Of a stretch of 64,000 nt of DNA, positions 14,615-32,392 are shown piece by piece. The notes beneath the pieces are model-generated. The model did no database searches and was not told the origin of the DNA. It saw nothing but the letters and a program-made list of their open reading frames with translations. Each line of letters starts with the position of its first letter. Position 1 is the first letter of the stretch. This DNA comes from the human T2T-CHM13v2.0 reference genome, Homo sapiens, in assembly GCF_009914755.1 (NCBI RefSeq), contig NC_060926.1; one strand, given 5' to 3'. The translations under genes and the position numbers were made by a program.

Positions 14615-15235
14615 GGTTTTCACTGAACAGGTACTTACTGTGTATTGGCTACGTGCCAGGCACTGTGCTAGAAACTGGAAATACAGTGGTAAGCAAAGCA
14701 GTGTAAACTCAGTCCTCACAGAACCTTGTCTAATGGGGGAGGTGGATATTAAAAACACAAATAAAAGGGCAGCTACAGTGATAAATGCTATGAAGGAAAA
14801 GTACAGGGTGTTAGGAGAGTACATCAGCAAGATTAACTGGGACTGTGTGGTCAGGGATGAAAGGAGAAGGAACATCTCATATAAGACCAAATAAACAGCT
14901 GAAGTTAAAAGCAAAGGGAAGAGACTTGAAAGAGAGACTGAGCACTAAGAAGTCTTGGGGGTTAAAGAGAGCTTGTGCACTGAGAAACGCAGAAAAGTCA
15001 GCATGGGAAGTGAGTTGTGAGTACGCAGAAAAGCAGATCACAAGGTTACAGTTAAGCAGGGGTCAAATTATTCAGGTTCTTGTAGGCTAGGTTAAGGAAT
15101 TAACCTAAGTGCAATGGAAAGCACTAAAGGGCTTTGTGCGGAGGAGTGACAGGATCTAATTCACACGTATTGACGATGATCAAATGGTTTGGAGAGGGGC
15201 AAGAGTGGAAGAAGGGAGACAAGTTTCATGGGATG
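14615..15235 (-). mobile_element. L2 3' fragment
   Basis: tacgtgccaggcactgtgctag, aagtgcaatggaaagcactaaagggcttt motifs. Confidence 0.75.
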
Positions 15236-15269
15236 ACAGCAAACTATGCATTTAATAAACCAATGACTT

Positions 15270-17650
<2,381 letters not shown>

Positions 17651-17808
17651 AATTTACATGCATTAAGATACTAATTCACATTCAGTAGAATGGCCATGTT
17701 GGTGTGGATATGGTGATTAGGGAACACTTCAACACTGCTGGTGGGAACATAAACTAGTACAGCCACTATGGAAAACAGTGTGGAGATTCCTTAAAGAACT
17801 AAAAGTAG

Positions 17809-18206
<398 letters not shown>

Positions 18207-18300
18207 TGCACATGCATGTTTATAGCAGCACAGTTTGCAATTGCAAAATCATGGAACCAACCCAAATGCCCATCAATCAATGAGTGGATAAAGAAACTGT

Positions 18301-18301
<1 letters not shown>

Positions 18302-18343
<42 letters not shown>
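18302..18343. repeat. (GT)n microsatellite
   Basis: About 21 perfect GT units. Confidence 0.97.
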
Positions 18344-18346
<3 letters not shown>

Positions 18347-18764
18347 ATGGAATACCACTCAGCCATAAAAAGGAATGAATTAATGGCATTTGCCGTGACC
18401 TAGATGAGATTGGAAACTATTATTATAAGTGAAGTAACTCAGGAATGGAAAACCAAACACCGTATGTTCTCACTGATACGTGGGAGCTAAGCTATGAGGA
18501 CACAAAGGCACAAGAATGATATAGTGGACTTTGGGGACTTGGGGGGAAGGGTGGGAGGGGGATGAGGGATAAAAGACTACAAATAGGGTGTAGTGTATAC
18601 TGCTCGTGTGATAGGTGCACCAAAATCTCACAAAGCACCACTAAAGAATTTACTCATGTAACCAAACACCACCTGTACCCCAATAACCTATGGAAAAAAT
18701 AACAATAAAAAATGTGCTCAAAATATGTTTTTTTTTTTAAAAGTCAAAACCAAACCAGTAACAG

Positions 18765-18801
<37 letters not shown>

Positions 18802-18802
18802 T

Positions 18803-19790
<988 letters not shown>

Positions 19791-20131
19791 AGAAAGCCTA
19801 ATGGTAAGTGAATAGTGAGTTTGCAGAATATACATTCAGTATAGTACAACATGAATACATGGACTAGATACACACCCACATCAGATATACTCATTGTATC
19901 TGGGGAAGGAGAGAAAGAATAGGTCTGAGGAGGAGAACACAGGGGACTTTAACTTCATTTATAATGTTTCAAACAAAAACAAACATATGACAAAATGTTA
20001 ATATTTGTCCATTTTGGGTGGTAGGTATGTGAGTTCTCCCTAAACTGTTTTTTGTATTCTCCTATATTTTCTTCAATTCAAGACCAAAATTAAGCTAAAC
20101 TAAGAACCGAAAAGAAAATGTAAATGATTAC

Positions 20132-20189
20132 CTAGTTCCTTCATTAATTTTAATTCCTTTATGGCTTTAATTCGAATATCAAACACCAT
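20132..20189 (-). CDS. USP40: USP40 exon 15: MVFDIRIKAIKELKLMKEL
   Basis: 58 nt, phase 0-1, tag|ATG...G|gta. Confidence 0.9.
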
Positions 20190-21508
20190 CTAAAACAGAG
20201 AAATAAAATAATGACTAAGTTGTAAAAAATGGGAGGAGATGAAAATGAGGATTGTCACTGTGTGCATAAACAAATTATTTGAGATATTAATTACCTGACA
20301 TTTAGTAGTTTTTGCCCACTGGAAATTTTTCCATCCCTGAAATCCTTTTATAAGATCAAAAGCAAAAACTTAGGACTTCATAGTTAAGTTTTTACCAAAT
20401 TGATGTTAATTGGAACAGAAAGGACACCTACAGAAAACTACAGAAACTGTAGAAAACTACAGAAACTAAAGAAACTAGCTGAAAGGCAATAAGCTGACAA
20501 ACCAGTAACTTTTCTCATGAAAGCAAACAAAATAAACTGCAGGCAATCACATTTCTCTATGTCAGGAATGATGAATGTGGGGCCAGTAAGCATAAATAAA
20601 AATGTATACTATCAGCCCGAGTGCACTATTTAAAATTTCTGTTTAAATGACTTTATTTTAGATTCTTTCCCTTTTTCAGTTTAACCTAATTTCCTCTAGG
20701 ATACAAAATCTTGTAAATTTAGGAGTAAAACCGATGTCAGACAATCTGTCCTCCCACAGCACCCCACATTGTGAAAAGAAGAAACAGAGTGAGTCATAAA
20801 GGACTTCACCAAAGTCTCTCACTTAGGGTCAAGGTACTAGATCTTCTGAACTTTAGTGTATTCATCATACAGTGTAAATATTAACACACTTTAAGAAATT
20901 ATAATATTTATATAAAAGAAAACAACATTCTAGTAAGTTTCAACTTGTTATAGAAAAAAAACCCATAATGAATTGAGACTACATAAATATAAAAAGGTAT
21001 TTCCTGAGATGGTGTTTAACGAAACTAGTCTTCAAATGGAGAACTGAAAGAGTTCCTTTTAAGAACACCTGGCTTTACAGAAAAACAGAGTATAATGTAA
21101 AACAATTTAAGATAAATTTAAAAAACAGAAGTCCACAACACAAAACCAAAACATATGTATACTTGGCTTAAAAAAAATACAGAAAAGACCCTTGAAAACA
21201 GCATTTTCAAGGAAGCCAAAGAATTTCATTTTGTGGGAGCCAGAGAATTCCATGAACTAACTAAATGAGTAACTCCCACATTCTAATTCTAGGCTTTGGA
21301 GGAAATTTTAAAAGGCACGTATTTTCTTGAAATATGCTAAGGGCTAACATAGGTAAACAAGCAATAATCAAATGTTAAATAAAAAGCTGACTTCCTAAGA
21401 GCTGAAGTCTATTGAGACAACTGTTCTGAAAGATTAAGGTATTGTTTTCTAAATAAAATTCTGTTAACTGAAAATCTATCAGCCAACCTTTAATTATATT
21501 CTACTCAC

Positions 21509-21632
21509 TGTGTTAACAGTTGCTGATATTTTAACTTGCTTCTCTTCAGATTCTAACTGGCATAAATTTTTAACGTGGAGCCAGTCAATCTCATTCATAC
21601 TAGTGACCCATTTCTCTTCCTTGGTCAACAAG
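21509..21632 (-). CDS. USP40: USP40 exon 14: LLTKEEKWVTSMNEIDWLHVKNLCQLESEEKQVKISATVNT
   Basis: 124 nt, phase 2-0, cag|C...ACA|gtgagt. Confidence 0.92.
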
Positions 21633-22404
21633 CTGTAGGTAAAAAGAAAAGATCAGAAATTAATACCTTTCCTTAGGCATCACTTCCAAAACTCTGCATG
21701 TGTCACTTAATGTGACTAATTAGAGGTGACCAAGTTCTACTGAGTCGTCTCTATGATAAGTGGGCTACCTTTGCAGGGTAATGTTAGGCAGTAGTCTATA
21801 GAGTCTATATTCATGACTCCAAATATTCTTTGATTTACCTACATAATTTGTTGCCACATTTTTCACAGAGAACTTCTGTAAGTAAACAGTTGCTGGCTTC
21901 TGCCTGCACCCTGCAAATCACTAGGGGAGCTTTAAAAGAGCACCTATGCCAGGAGCCTACCCCACTGGATCTAGATTTCATTTAACAACAGGGCAGCCAT
22001 GTGCAGTCTGTAGACTGACACTGCACAAAAGGGCCACATCTAAGGAGTGTCACACATGGCATATATATTGTATACTGCATTTCTACATAGAGTTTTGTTT
22101 TATAATTGCAGCCGGCAGTAGAGTATCTTGTTCTAACATTTTCCCACAGATAGTAGTAAAGGGTCCTGAAGAGGTGCCTTCTTTCTAATTCACACAGAAG
22201 CATTAATGGGCTTGCCGAAGTCCTCTTTGGGAATGTACATTAGAGCTCTGAAACATCATTCTACTCTTTATTGCAGTTATTCCATTCTGAGCTCCTACCT
22301 TAAGCTAGCAATCCCAAATAAAACAAAGTATGAAGCACAAGATGCTCCATGAAGACTACTTTAAAATAGTGAAAAACTGTATGATAATTATGACAATGAC
22401 CGTA

Positions 22405-22580
22405 ATATATTAACTAAAACATTTAGCACTTACTGTGTGTACTTTGTAAGCACTCAACTCTTTCAATCCTCTCAAGTCTATGAAGTTGGCACTAGTTATT
22501 ATCCCTATTTGACAGACAAGAAGACTGAGCAGAGAAAGACGAAATACCTTGCCCAAGGTCCCACTACAGCCTACTGACTT
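22405..22580 (-). mobile_element. MIR
   Basis: attatccctatttgacagacaagaagactgag...ttgcccaaggtc core. Confidence 0.7.
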
Positions 22581-23687
22581 GCCTAGGAGCACAGTTAGGC
22601 AAACTATAATGTCACATAGATTACTATGTAGCCATTCAAGGCAGTTTATAAAGAGTCTACAAATCTCAAGGTTGGGCAGGGGTAATGGAAAGCAGGATAC
22701 AACTACTTATCTACAAAATAATCATTATTAGGTTTAAAAAGAAAGGCACCCAAATGCTAACAGTGATTAACACTGCATGCTGAGAAGACGGATACTGTTT
22801 TGGGTCCCTTCTGTCTTCACTTTTGTATTTCCCCAGTCCCAATAAATGCATACTGCCTTTTATAAAGGAAATACAGTTCTTATAAACAAGGTAGGGAATG
22901 TCTGCAAAACCCCTGTCCAAAAGAGTAATAGTGGTAAGTGTACTACGAAAGAAACGGTCCACAAGTGCTCTGCTTCTCTGCATCAAAGCCACTATAAATA
23001 ATGATACAGACATCCTGCAATCTAAGTAAATCTGTAGCACTGAGAAAACAGGGAGCTTGAAGTCTTCAATATATGGAAATATTGCAGTTACAGTGTATGA
23101 CACATTGACTACAGCAATGTACTGTCACAGACATAGATGACAAAGAGATGCAGCTTTAAATGTGACCACAGGATTCATGGGGGTAATTCGCCACGTAACT
23201 GCTCTATTTGGGCAACTGGGTTCTCAAGAGTCACAGAACGGATTATAAGGAAACAATGAGTTGTCTTATGGGTCTCCTGAAACAAAATATCCAGAAACAA
23301 TTTAGCCATAATGTTAATACCTTCTTCAGGAAAATTTTCAGTTTTCTCTGTGAGAATTTCCTTCGGTTTTATAACTGGCACTAATCAGAATTCACTTGAT
23401 AACTTTTGCATTACAGCCAACTAATTGATACTCTATACAGTCTAGAAAATCAGGGATACTTATATTATTTTCTCACCACATTTACCAAAAAGTCCCTTTA
23501 CAAAAAATCATGTTTTTCTCTAAGTTACATAACCTAAAACATTCCTGTATGCAATATTTAGAACATAATGTCTAGAAATAAAGAAACATTCAACTCTTGT
23601 CACTAAAATAAAGCTTTAGAGTTCTGCTGGGTGGTACTGTAATTAAAATGACTTTTAGAAATCCTTTTTCTCTTGTTAGCGAGTTAC

Positions 23688-24007
23688 CTGTTATCATCAT
23701 GAGAATCCTGAATTAAAATTGAGCTTCCATTTCTGAGCCCTTGCTCCCTGAACGTCTTCCTCATGTCTTCCTTGGGGATGGCCGTCCAACCCTCCCCACC
23801 TGGACATCCAGCACTGTTGATGAAGATGACACCTGCTGGGATTGCTAAGGCTGTGAGGACAGTGCCCACTTCTGCATTAGCTGGAAAGACATGTGGAGAT
23901 TCTATCACCTGACAACACTTTTCTCCATCACTGCTTGTGTCTAGATGAAGAACATTTAAAAGTAGAGGTTCGCAGTCAATACCAGTTTGAATGTGGACTC
24001 CACCAAC
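23688..24007 (-). CDS. USP40: USP40 exon 13: VGGVHIQTG...GLRNGSSILIQDSHDDN
   Basis: 320 nt, phase 0-2; matches ORF 23684..24013. Confidence 0.94.
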
Positions 24008-24639
24008 CTGCAATCATACCAAGACAACCATTAGTACAGCTGATATTTGCCAACACCGTCAACATAACATGGTAAAAGATTACTCTTAGAGAACAACCCT
24101 CATTTTTTCCAAGTAAAATAAAATTTTCACAAATGTCTGTTAAGCATCAGAGGAACAACTTCAGATTTTTCTTTTGAAACTTTCTTATCTTTTATTTTTT
24201 TAGGAGAAATCTATGATAGACTGGAGATAGACATTTATGAGTTATCATGGGTGGTGATGAAGCCAGATTGGCCAAGGTCAGTTCACAGAGTGGCTGAAGT
24301 GCTCCTGGCCGCCTTCTAGAGATAGAAAATTCACTCTCTACCTCCAAACCACCCCCACTCCCCAACTCAGTATAGATTCTCACTCTTCTAAATTCCCACA
24401 GGCACTATGCACAGACCCCCTACTCCAGCACGTATGGTGCAGTTCTTCACACGACGAGGGCCTAAAAGGACACAGATCAACTGACTGGCCTTTGATCTAG
24501 CATCTGACGCACAACCTGGTATAACGGAGGCGCTCAAGAAATGTCTCCTTGGCGTACAACTAGCACTGATTGTCCCTAACATTTATCAAGCATTTCAGTA
24601 GTTTTCTAATATCTAATTGCCCTCACATAGGCTGAATAA

Positions 24640-24947
<308 letters not shown>

Positions 24948-25009
24948 ATTACGATGACTTTTAAAACATCCAAAATTATCACGAATATTTCTTCAGTAAT
25001 TTTTTTTAC

Positions 25010-25080
25010 CTCCACCCCATTCCACACAAAGATGTCTTCCCCATCAGCAATTTCAGTTTCACACAGTGTCAGTTCATCCC
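25010..25080 (-). CDS. USP40: USP40 exon 12: [24 protein letters not shown]
   Basis: 71 nt, phase 1-0, tag|GG...GAG|gta. Confidence 0.92.
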
Positions 25081-25995
25081 CTAGAAAGAGATCACCAGTG
25101 AGACCATTCATCATGACCATCAGAAACAACTGAGCTAAAGAAAGAGCTGAGACAAATATTTGTTTGAAAAAGTATTTTCACTAAGGAAAATTTAAAAAGT
25201 AGTAATTATTTTTATTCTATTGACATTATTTCATTGTAATTTTTCTTTAAAACGTTGTGACAAAAGCTTGTGAGCATGGTGGCAGGACAAGAGAGATAAT
25301 CCAAAGGTCAAGTGTACTTGAGGCACATGACATTGGAAACAGGAGTTAGGCTTAAGCATGGAATGGTCCCAACTCCACCGATATGTCCATAACACAAGCT
25401 GTATTGTGTGCTTCAAGTCTCTCAGCTTCAGTTTTCTCATTTATGAAATGGAGATAAAAGAATTTTATGAAAATCAAGTGAGATAATTAACATAAAACAC
25501 CTATTACAGATTTTGGCCCAAATTAGATGTTACTGCCGCTACTGTTAATTCTCATTGTTTTCCTGCTATTTAAAGGAAGTAAATGCTTTCAAACTCTCAA
25601 AGTATTTCTTGTTTTACTACAAAATCTGAAGCTGAGAACTGGGCAGAAAATCAAGTCACATAAATATGATTCAGATGGTTTGAAACTATGTTGTTCAACA
25701 ATATGTGTCAATATAAAAAATTCTAAAGCTTTTCAAGAAATTTTAGTAGAGGTAGCCTTAATTTCAGAAAAAATAAAATGTTTCCATGTTAGAAGAATTT
25801 CACACATTATATAAACTGGATACATTAAAACGTGGATATTTTATTTCTTTTGGAAAACTTACAGTGTGAAGATAATCTACTTAGTTAAGAAAGTAGTAGG
25901 TGGGGAAGGACTGACAAAGAGTAGAAAATCGCAGGTGAGCCGGACAAAAATGTAGATATATAGAGTGAGTTGCTATGTTTTCATATTTATCTTAC

Positions 25996-26080
25996 CGCCA
26001 AGTGACTGGTAAATGTGAAGTCCTGCTGGTACAAGCTTTGCAACACTAAGAACCATGTCTCCTTCCCAAAATTCTAACAG
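25996..26080 (-). CDS. USP40: USP40 exon 11: LLEFWEGDMVLSVAKLVPAGLHIYQSLG
   Basis: 85 nt, phase 0-1, cag|CTG...G|gtaag. Confidence 0.92.
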
Positions 26081-27924
26081 CTGAAGAATATTAATGAAGG
26101 AAAAGAGAATGTTGAAAAGTGACATATACATATCACCTTTCCAGGTTACTGTGCCAACTCACATATGAAGATGACACAGAGAGCAAGCAAATGAATACTC
26201 TCACCCCCACCCAACACCGAAAACTTGAAAAGAAGGCATCACTTGTTAAATTAGTCAAAGCCAAAGACGGCTAATCTCCTCCATTCCTGAGTGAAGAATT
26301 CTGGCCTACACAAAGGGCACAACAACCATCTAAACAATTCTGCTTAATATATATGAAGAGCACTTTTCTCAGAAAGCAAGTTGATGAGCATGTCAGCCTA
26401 GGAATTTTTACTCAAAAGAGCAAGACTAATTTGCAGAATTAGCAATGTTGAGGGAAATGTAGCCCTGACTCTAGCACACACTCATCTTCTAGCTGCTTGA
26501 AAGGAATGTCTCCCATTGCAAATTTATAAAGGTGCATTACCAGTTTACTTAATAGATTACCATGGCTTTGCTCTTTAAGTTTCTAGATCTGAGAGTCTGA
26601 GCACTGTGGCAAGGTCACCAAAATAATATCACCATAAAAGTCATTCCTATCTAGTCATTCTCTACAATACCATAAGGTATTTTCTTAAAAAGAAACTTCT
26701 TATTTACAAGTGATTAGTTTGCTGTGAATTAAGTTTTCTAGCCTCTTGTCAGTGGCTTCCTTCTAAGAGAATAGTTAGTAGGCATATACACTTAAAACAC
26801 CAAAACACACAGACTGGAGTGTACCTCACACTTACAAAGTGAATAAGATCCTTTCCATTTAAAATATCCCCCTAGACTAGGTTCAGATTCCCACATCTGC
26901 CTGTATCAACAGTGCCAGAATTGGCTCAGAAATAAATTTCTAATGAAAAAGTTCAGAAATATTAGACAACTTTAGAAATCCTGACACTGATCTAGTATTT
27001 AAAAAACTTCAAATCAACTAAGGTTAAAAGGGAAATTGCTTTGCTTTTCTTAGCAGAAGAAAATTGAAAGAAAGCTAATAGTTTTGGTAATAGGATTTTT
27101 CAGAAAATTCATTTAACTAATTTCTGGGAAAAAACACAAAAAAGCTAACATTTTCTATCTCCCTTTTCCTTGATCAGAAAGTAGTGTGGAGCAGGAGGGT
27201 GATTAGGAGAAAAAAACCCTAGATGAAGAGTAGGGAGAAGAGGGACAGAGTCCCAGCTCCATCAACTAGATTTAGGACCACAGGCAAGACATTGAGTCTC
27301 TTTAAATCACACTGCCTCAACTTCAAAATGGGGCTAATGTGTCTTCATGAGATTAAAGAACCAAATCACATGATTTATATGAAAGCAGTGTAAGTAAAAT
27401 AAAGAACACTGCTGTTGCTATCATCATTAAAACATACCTAGAAAAATGACTTGGAGACTACAGCACTGTTTTTACTCTAGACTAGCAGATACTTTCCTTC
27501 ACTTAAGAATATTATTAATAAATACTGTTCTATACTACAGGGTATAAAGTTAGTTGCGTTTATTTGTTCAGCAGTTCTCAGTTTTACACAACATGCTCAT
27601 CTTTATCTTTTCACTCTCTTTGAAAGGCAATTTGCTTTCATTTATTTTCTAAAAAAGAGACAACTTTATACTCTTTCTTCCCCTCAAATAAAATGTACCA
27701 GGCCTGATTGTCTACCTGAAAAGCTGCTGGTAGGAGCTGTGGAGAAAAGCCTCTCTAAAAGACTTAGGAGAGAAGATTTGGGTCAACCCTCTATGAAGTG
27801 GCAGATGTCAGATCTTCCTAAGCAGCTTTGAAAAATAAAGTTGTATCCTAAACAGAATGAAATGGAGAGTCTAGCTGGAGATGGTGCTCGATGTCTGAAT
27901 TAAGAGGAAGTAAGGCGATATTAC

Positions 27925-28096
27925 CTGAAATATTGACTGCCGGAGATCTCCTAAAGTTTTTCTTTTATCAAAGGTCAAATCCCACACGCTTTCTGTTTGA
28001 GAGACTACTGGGTGCAGAGCCCCATTGAAGAAATGATACTGAGGGCCCAGGTGAAGATGCAATTCAAAAGTATTGTTTGCAGAATCACATTCTGCC
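27925..28096 (-). CDS. USP40: USP40 exon 10: AECDSANNTFELHLHLG...DKRKTLGDLRQSIFQ
   Basis: 172 nt, phase 2-0; overlaps ORF 27871..28062. Confidence 0.93.
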
Positions 28097-28493
28097 CTTT
28101 AAAGAGGCACAAAAATACATAAATACTGTGTTTTTATAACAGACACTGTGTTTTATCTCAAACCAAAGATATCTGGCTTACAATAAAGTTCTCCATCCCA
28201 CCAAAGTAACAATTTTTCTTCTATGTGCCACAATTAGTCACTTTAATTTTTCAGTCAATAGCAAAAATTCAGTTCTGTCACCATGAATTCCAAGAGAAAA
28301 CTGTTTTAACATAGGCTGCAATGTTAACTCCATTTCTCTGAACAAAGGCTGACACTTGAAATCTTCTAATTCTGAGATTATAGTTATGAACAAAATGCTA
28401 GAGACCTGCTTACATCATTATGTTAAGTAGCAGATTTACTTCCATGTCATCTATCATCCTTATTTCCACTAGATTTTGCACATTCTCCCATGA

Positions 28494-28791
28494 TTTTTTT
28501 TTTTTTTTTGAGACAGAGTCTCACTCTGTCGCCAAGGCTGGAGTGCAGTGCTGCGATCTTGGCTCACTACAGCCTCCACCTCCTAGGTTCAAGCGATTCT
28601 TCTGCCTCAGCCTCCTGAGTAGCTGGGATTACATGTGTGTGCCACCATGCCTGGCTAATTTTTGTATTTTTGGTAGAGATGGGGTTTCACCATGTTGACC
28701 AGGCTGGTCTTGAACTCCTGATCTCAGGTGATCCATTTGCCTCAGCCTCCTAAATTGCTGGGATTACAGACGTGAGCCACTGCGACCGGCC
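28494..28791 (-). mobile_element. AluS
   Basis: Full dimer; cccatga on both flanks. Confidence 0.95.
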
Positions 28792-29943
28792 CCATGAAAT
28801 ATTTGAAGCCAGTAGCATGAACCTCCCGAGACCACATTATCCAGGCTAAAAGTCCTTGGCAGCAGCCTGGTGTTGGCTGCTCTTCTCTGAATCCACTTGG
28901 CTGACTCGAAGCCAGTGCGAAACACAGGTAGGGTCTGACCAATGTGGAGCTGGAATGAGGCTTATCACGCAACTCACGTACTTCAGGACACTTCAATGAA
29001 CATGGTCAGAGAGCACAACCACACGAAAGACCTTAGTGCGGGTTGACGACAGCCCCTCAGGCTCTGCCTTTTATTTTTTTATTTTTATTTTTTTAAAATA
29101 ACAACTGCTAGTCCAGACCACTTATGCAGGTTATTTTTTAGACTTAAGATATTTCGCTCTGTTAAGTTTTAATCTTTTTGGTATCTTGGTTTTTGTTGTT
29201 TCTTTGCTCGTGTCATTCACTGTACTTTTTTCCCCCAGCTCCAAGCCAATGATAAAAATGTCAAATACACCCTGTCACATAATCAGGCAGTTTGGTCCAC
29301 AAGGAGATCACGGTAACATCCATTTTCCTAACCCAATACCCTATTGACCCTAACAGAGCACAAATAAAGAAGCAGTTCAGAGTCAAAGGTGAGGCCCCAA
29401 AAGAGAATGCTGAGATCATAAAGTTCTCACAAACCATCTCTTTAAGTAAGAATCCATCATAGGCTTTCCCCCAAGATCAGCATTGCATTCAATAGGTTAT
29501 AGCATCCATATTTCCCTCCTTTTGAAAATCTGCCCACCACTGATCCTCTCTCACTACATGCCAGTTCGCTACAACTACTTACCTATGAGGGGTGATTTTC
29601 ATGGCAGGCTCTCTTTGGACCCAAGGAAATAATCTGGCCAGGCCAGGATACAATTCATTCAGCCCAACTATGTGCTCACTGATTTCTCTACTCTTGTTAG
29701 GCTTCGATCCCTACTTAGCAATGGCTGTTTTATATGTCACCATTTAATTCACTCTCACACATAAGGGATAATTTCAGAGTTAAAGTTACCCTCACTATAA
29801 AAATTCAGCAGCCAAACAGACACTTGCATTAACAAGTTGACTATTTTTTTTCTTTTTAATTTTCATTACTGAATGCTTAAGGCCTAAATCAGATCTTTAT
29901 TCTCCGGAATACTAGTCAAACTCTAAAAGCAATTTAAAATTAC

Positions 29944-30025
29944 CTTTTGGTTTGCAGTTCAATGTTAGCTGCATCCATTTCATTCAGTAAATGACATGGA
30001 ACCCCATATCTTGGATTAGCTCGAG
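29944..30025 (-). CDS. USP40: USP40 exon 9: ARANPRYGVPCHLLNEMDAANIELQTKR
   Basis: 82 nt, phase 1-2, cag|CT...AG|gta. Confidence 0.92.
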
Positions 30026-30304
30026 CTGTGAACAAAATTTTTCATTAACTTGTGTTGGCTAAATGAAATCTGGTTGCTGGAAGAGGTAGCATGAAGACTA
30101 GGAAGGACTGTCCTTAGGAGCTAGGAAAGCTGCTACTAATTAGCTGTGTGAATACGAATTTTCTCAGGATCTCAGTTTTCCCATCTGAAAAATGAAAAAG
30201 TTAGAACAAATGAAAAGTAAATATTTCTTTAAGACAAGCTAGAAGAATTCCATTTTTTCAACTCTTTTAAGTATACTTTTTAAAAAGAACACCCAGATTT
30301 TCAT

Positions 30305-30613
30305 CTTTTTTTTTTCTTTTTCTTTTTTTTTTTTTTTTTGAGACGGAGTCTCACTTTGTCGCCCAGGCTGGAGTGCAGTGGCGCAATCTTAGCTCACTCT
30401 GCCTCCCAGGTTCAAGCAATTCTCGTGCCTCAGCCTCTGAGTAGCTGGGATTACAGGCTCCTGCCACCACGCCTGGCTAATTTTTGTATTTTTAGCAGAG
30501 ACAGGGTTTCGCCATGTTGCCCAGGCTGGTTTTGAACTCCTGGCCTCAAGTGATCTGCCCGCCTCAGCCTCCCAAAGTGCTGAGATTAAAGGCATAAGCC
30601 ACCACGCCTGGCC
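30305..30613 (-). mobile_element. AluS
   Basis: Dimer; TSD cagattttcatctt. Confidence 0.95.
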
Positions 30614-30718
30614 TCAGATTTTCATCTTGATTACAAATACAATAAATGACTACTGTAAAAATTCTGGAATTTTTTTAAGTGTAAAAGAAATAGATACTGC
30701 TCATAATTTCACTCCCAA

Positions 30719-30719
<1 letters not shown>

Positions 30720-30752
<33 letters not shown>

Positions 30753-30772
30753 CACACACACAAACACACACA
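30720..30772. repeat. Interrupted (CA)n microsatellite
   Basis: Seen directly. Confidence 0.95.
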
Positions 30773-32392
30773 ATTTTAAAAACTGGGATAATATTCAACA
30801 AATCTATTTTCATTTCATACACTGTATTTTCCAAAGTCTTAAATAAATGATTACATAGTAGTCCATTCTATAAGGAGCATAATTAACCTAACCAATCTTT
30901 TTCTGTTAGACATTAAGGTGATTTCCAATTAATCACTATTTTAAAATAGTAGGAACAATAAACATCTTTGAGCATCAACATTCATATACAGCTCTGATTA
31001 CTTTAAGACAAACTTGTGAAAGTAGAATTACTGGTTTAAACGGTATGACAGTTTCAAGGCTTTTAAATACACATACTCAAACTGATCGTATTCCATACCT
31101 ACCAGCTCTGGAGGAAATGTCACCTGTTGAAACCCAAGAGTCACAGAAATAGTATCTGATTTGGTGGGGCATCTCACTAATGTTCATCTCATTGCCATTC
31201 TTCTTCTTCTTTTTGATTACAGGTTAAATTGAAAATTTTTTGAAACACAGGAATCTTCTTTTTGTAAATTGCTTATTTATATCATTTCCCCAATTTACTA
31301 CTGAGCACAATGAAATATATGTAAGCGCACTCTACAGATAGGGGAAATTAATTTGTCATATATTTTACTGTTTTCCATTAGCTTGTCATTTGCCTTTTAA
31401 TTCTGTTTTAAGGGTTATATCACTTTGCCCTAGTTTTTTCTTTCTTTGCTTTTATGCTTAGAAAGGTTTTCTTTACCTTAAGATGAAATATTTATATTTT
31501 ACACATTTTACGATTCCTTTTTTACATAAATATTAAAGGAACTATAATTTCATTTAAGTGATTTGTATAACAAAGAAAAATGGCTTAGTTATTTCCCTAG
31601 CAAATAACCAACTTCCCAGTTGTATTTATTGAGTAATTCACTCCCTTCCTTCCCCAAAATATCTGAAGAGCTACCTTACCACGGATTAAAACACAAATAT
31701 GCTTAGATCAACTCCTGGGTTTACTGCTCTTTTTCAATGATCTGTCTACCTTTTTGCATTACCACTACACTGTCTTCATTGCTATAACTTTATAAATATG
31801 TTTTTACTGATATAGCAAATTCTCCCTCAGTCATCTCTTCTTCAGTTTTTATTACTTTATTTCTCCAGGTGAATTTTAGAATCATTTTATAAATTCTATC
31901 CCTTCTTTCCCAAAAAAGTACACCTAGATTTTTTGTTGGATCTTTGTTCAATTCCTAAGCTAACAAGAAAACTGTCATTTACATATTCCAATTACATACA
32001 CACTAAAATTCAATTCTGTGAAAAAGACTAATACTCCATTTGAAGATATTCTTTTTCTGATAGTATATATTTCTATAACTGTGAATTCTGATACACAATA
32101 TTTTTACCAGAACCATTTCCATATCTTTTTTTCCTCCCAGAAAAATACAAAGCCTTTTTCATTAACAGCATAGTTATGTAACTGTTTTAGATCTGGAAAG
32201 TTAATTTCCTTTGATTCACATGCAAATTAGTAACTGCTTTATTCTTATTCTTCATAAAAATGATGGCTATTCTCATTCTCTAAGAACAATATTCTCATCT
32301 CTAATAATAGATATGTCTCAATCTATAAAGCTTTTCTCACTGGGGTTTTTAACTTTTGAGCGGACTTTGAGAAGTGATCGAAAAATCTTATT

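Noticed and set aside
20427-20478. Short tandem ctacagaaa(a) repeats
   Set aside because: Ordinary degenerate 9-10-bp slippage repeat without spacers; not CRISPR-like
22711-23103. 130-aa minus-strand ORF in non-repeat intron; similarly 61232..61624
   Set aside because: No recognisable motif, and the USP40 frame closes without them
29275-29630. Possible TG...CA bounded LTR-like segment
   Set aside because: Could not assign a family or confirm a TSD from the sequence alone
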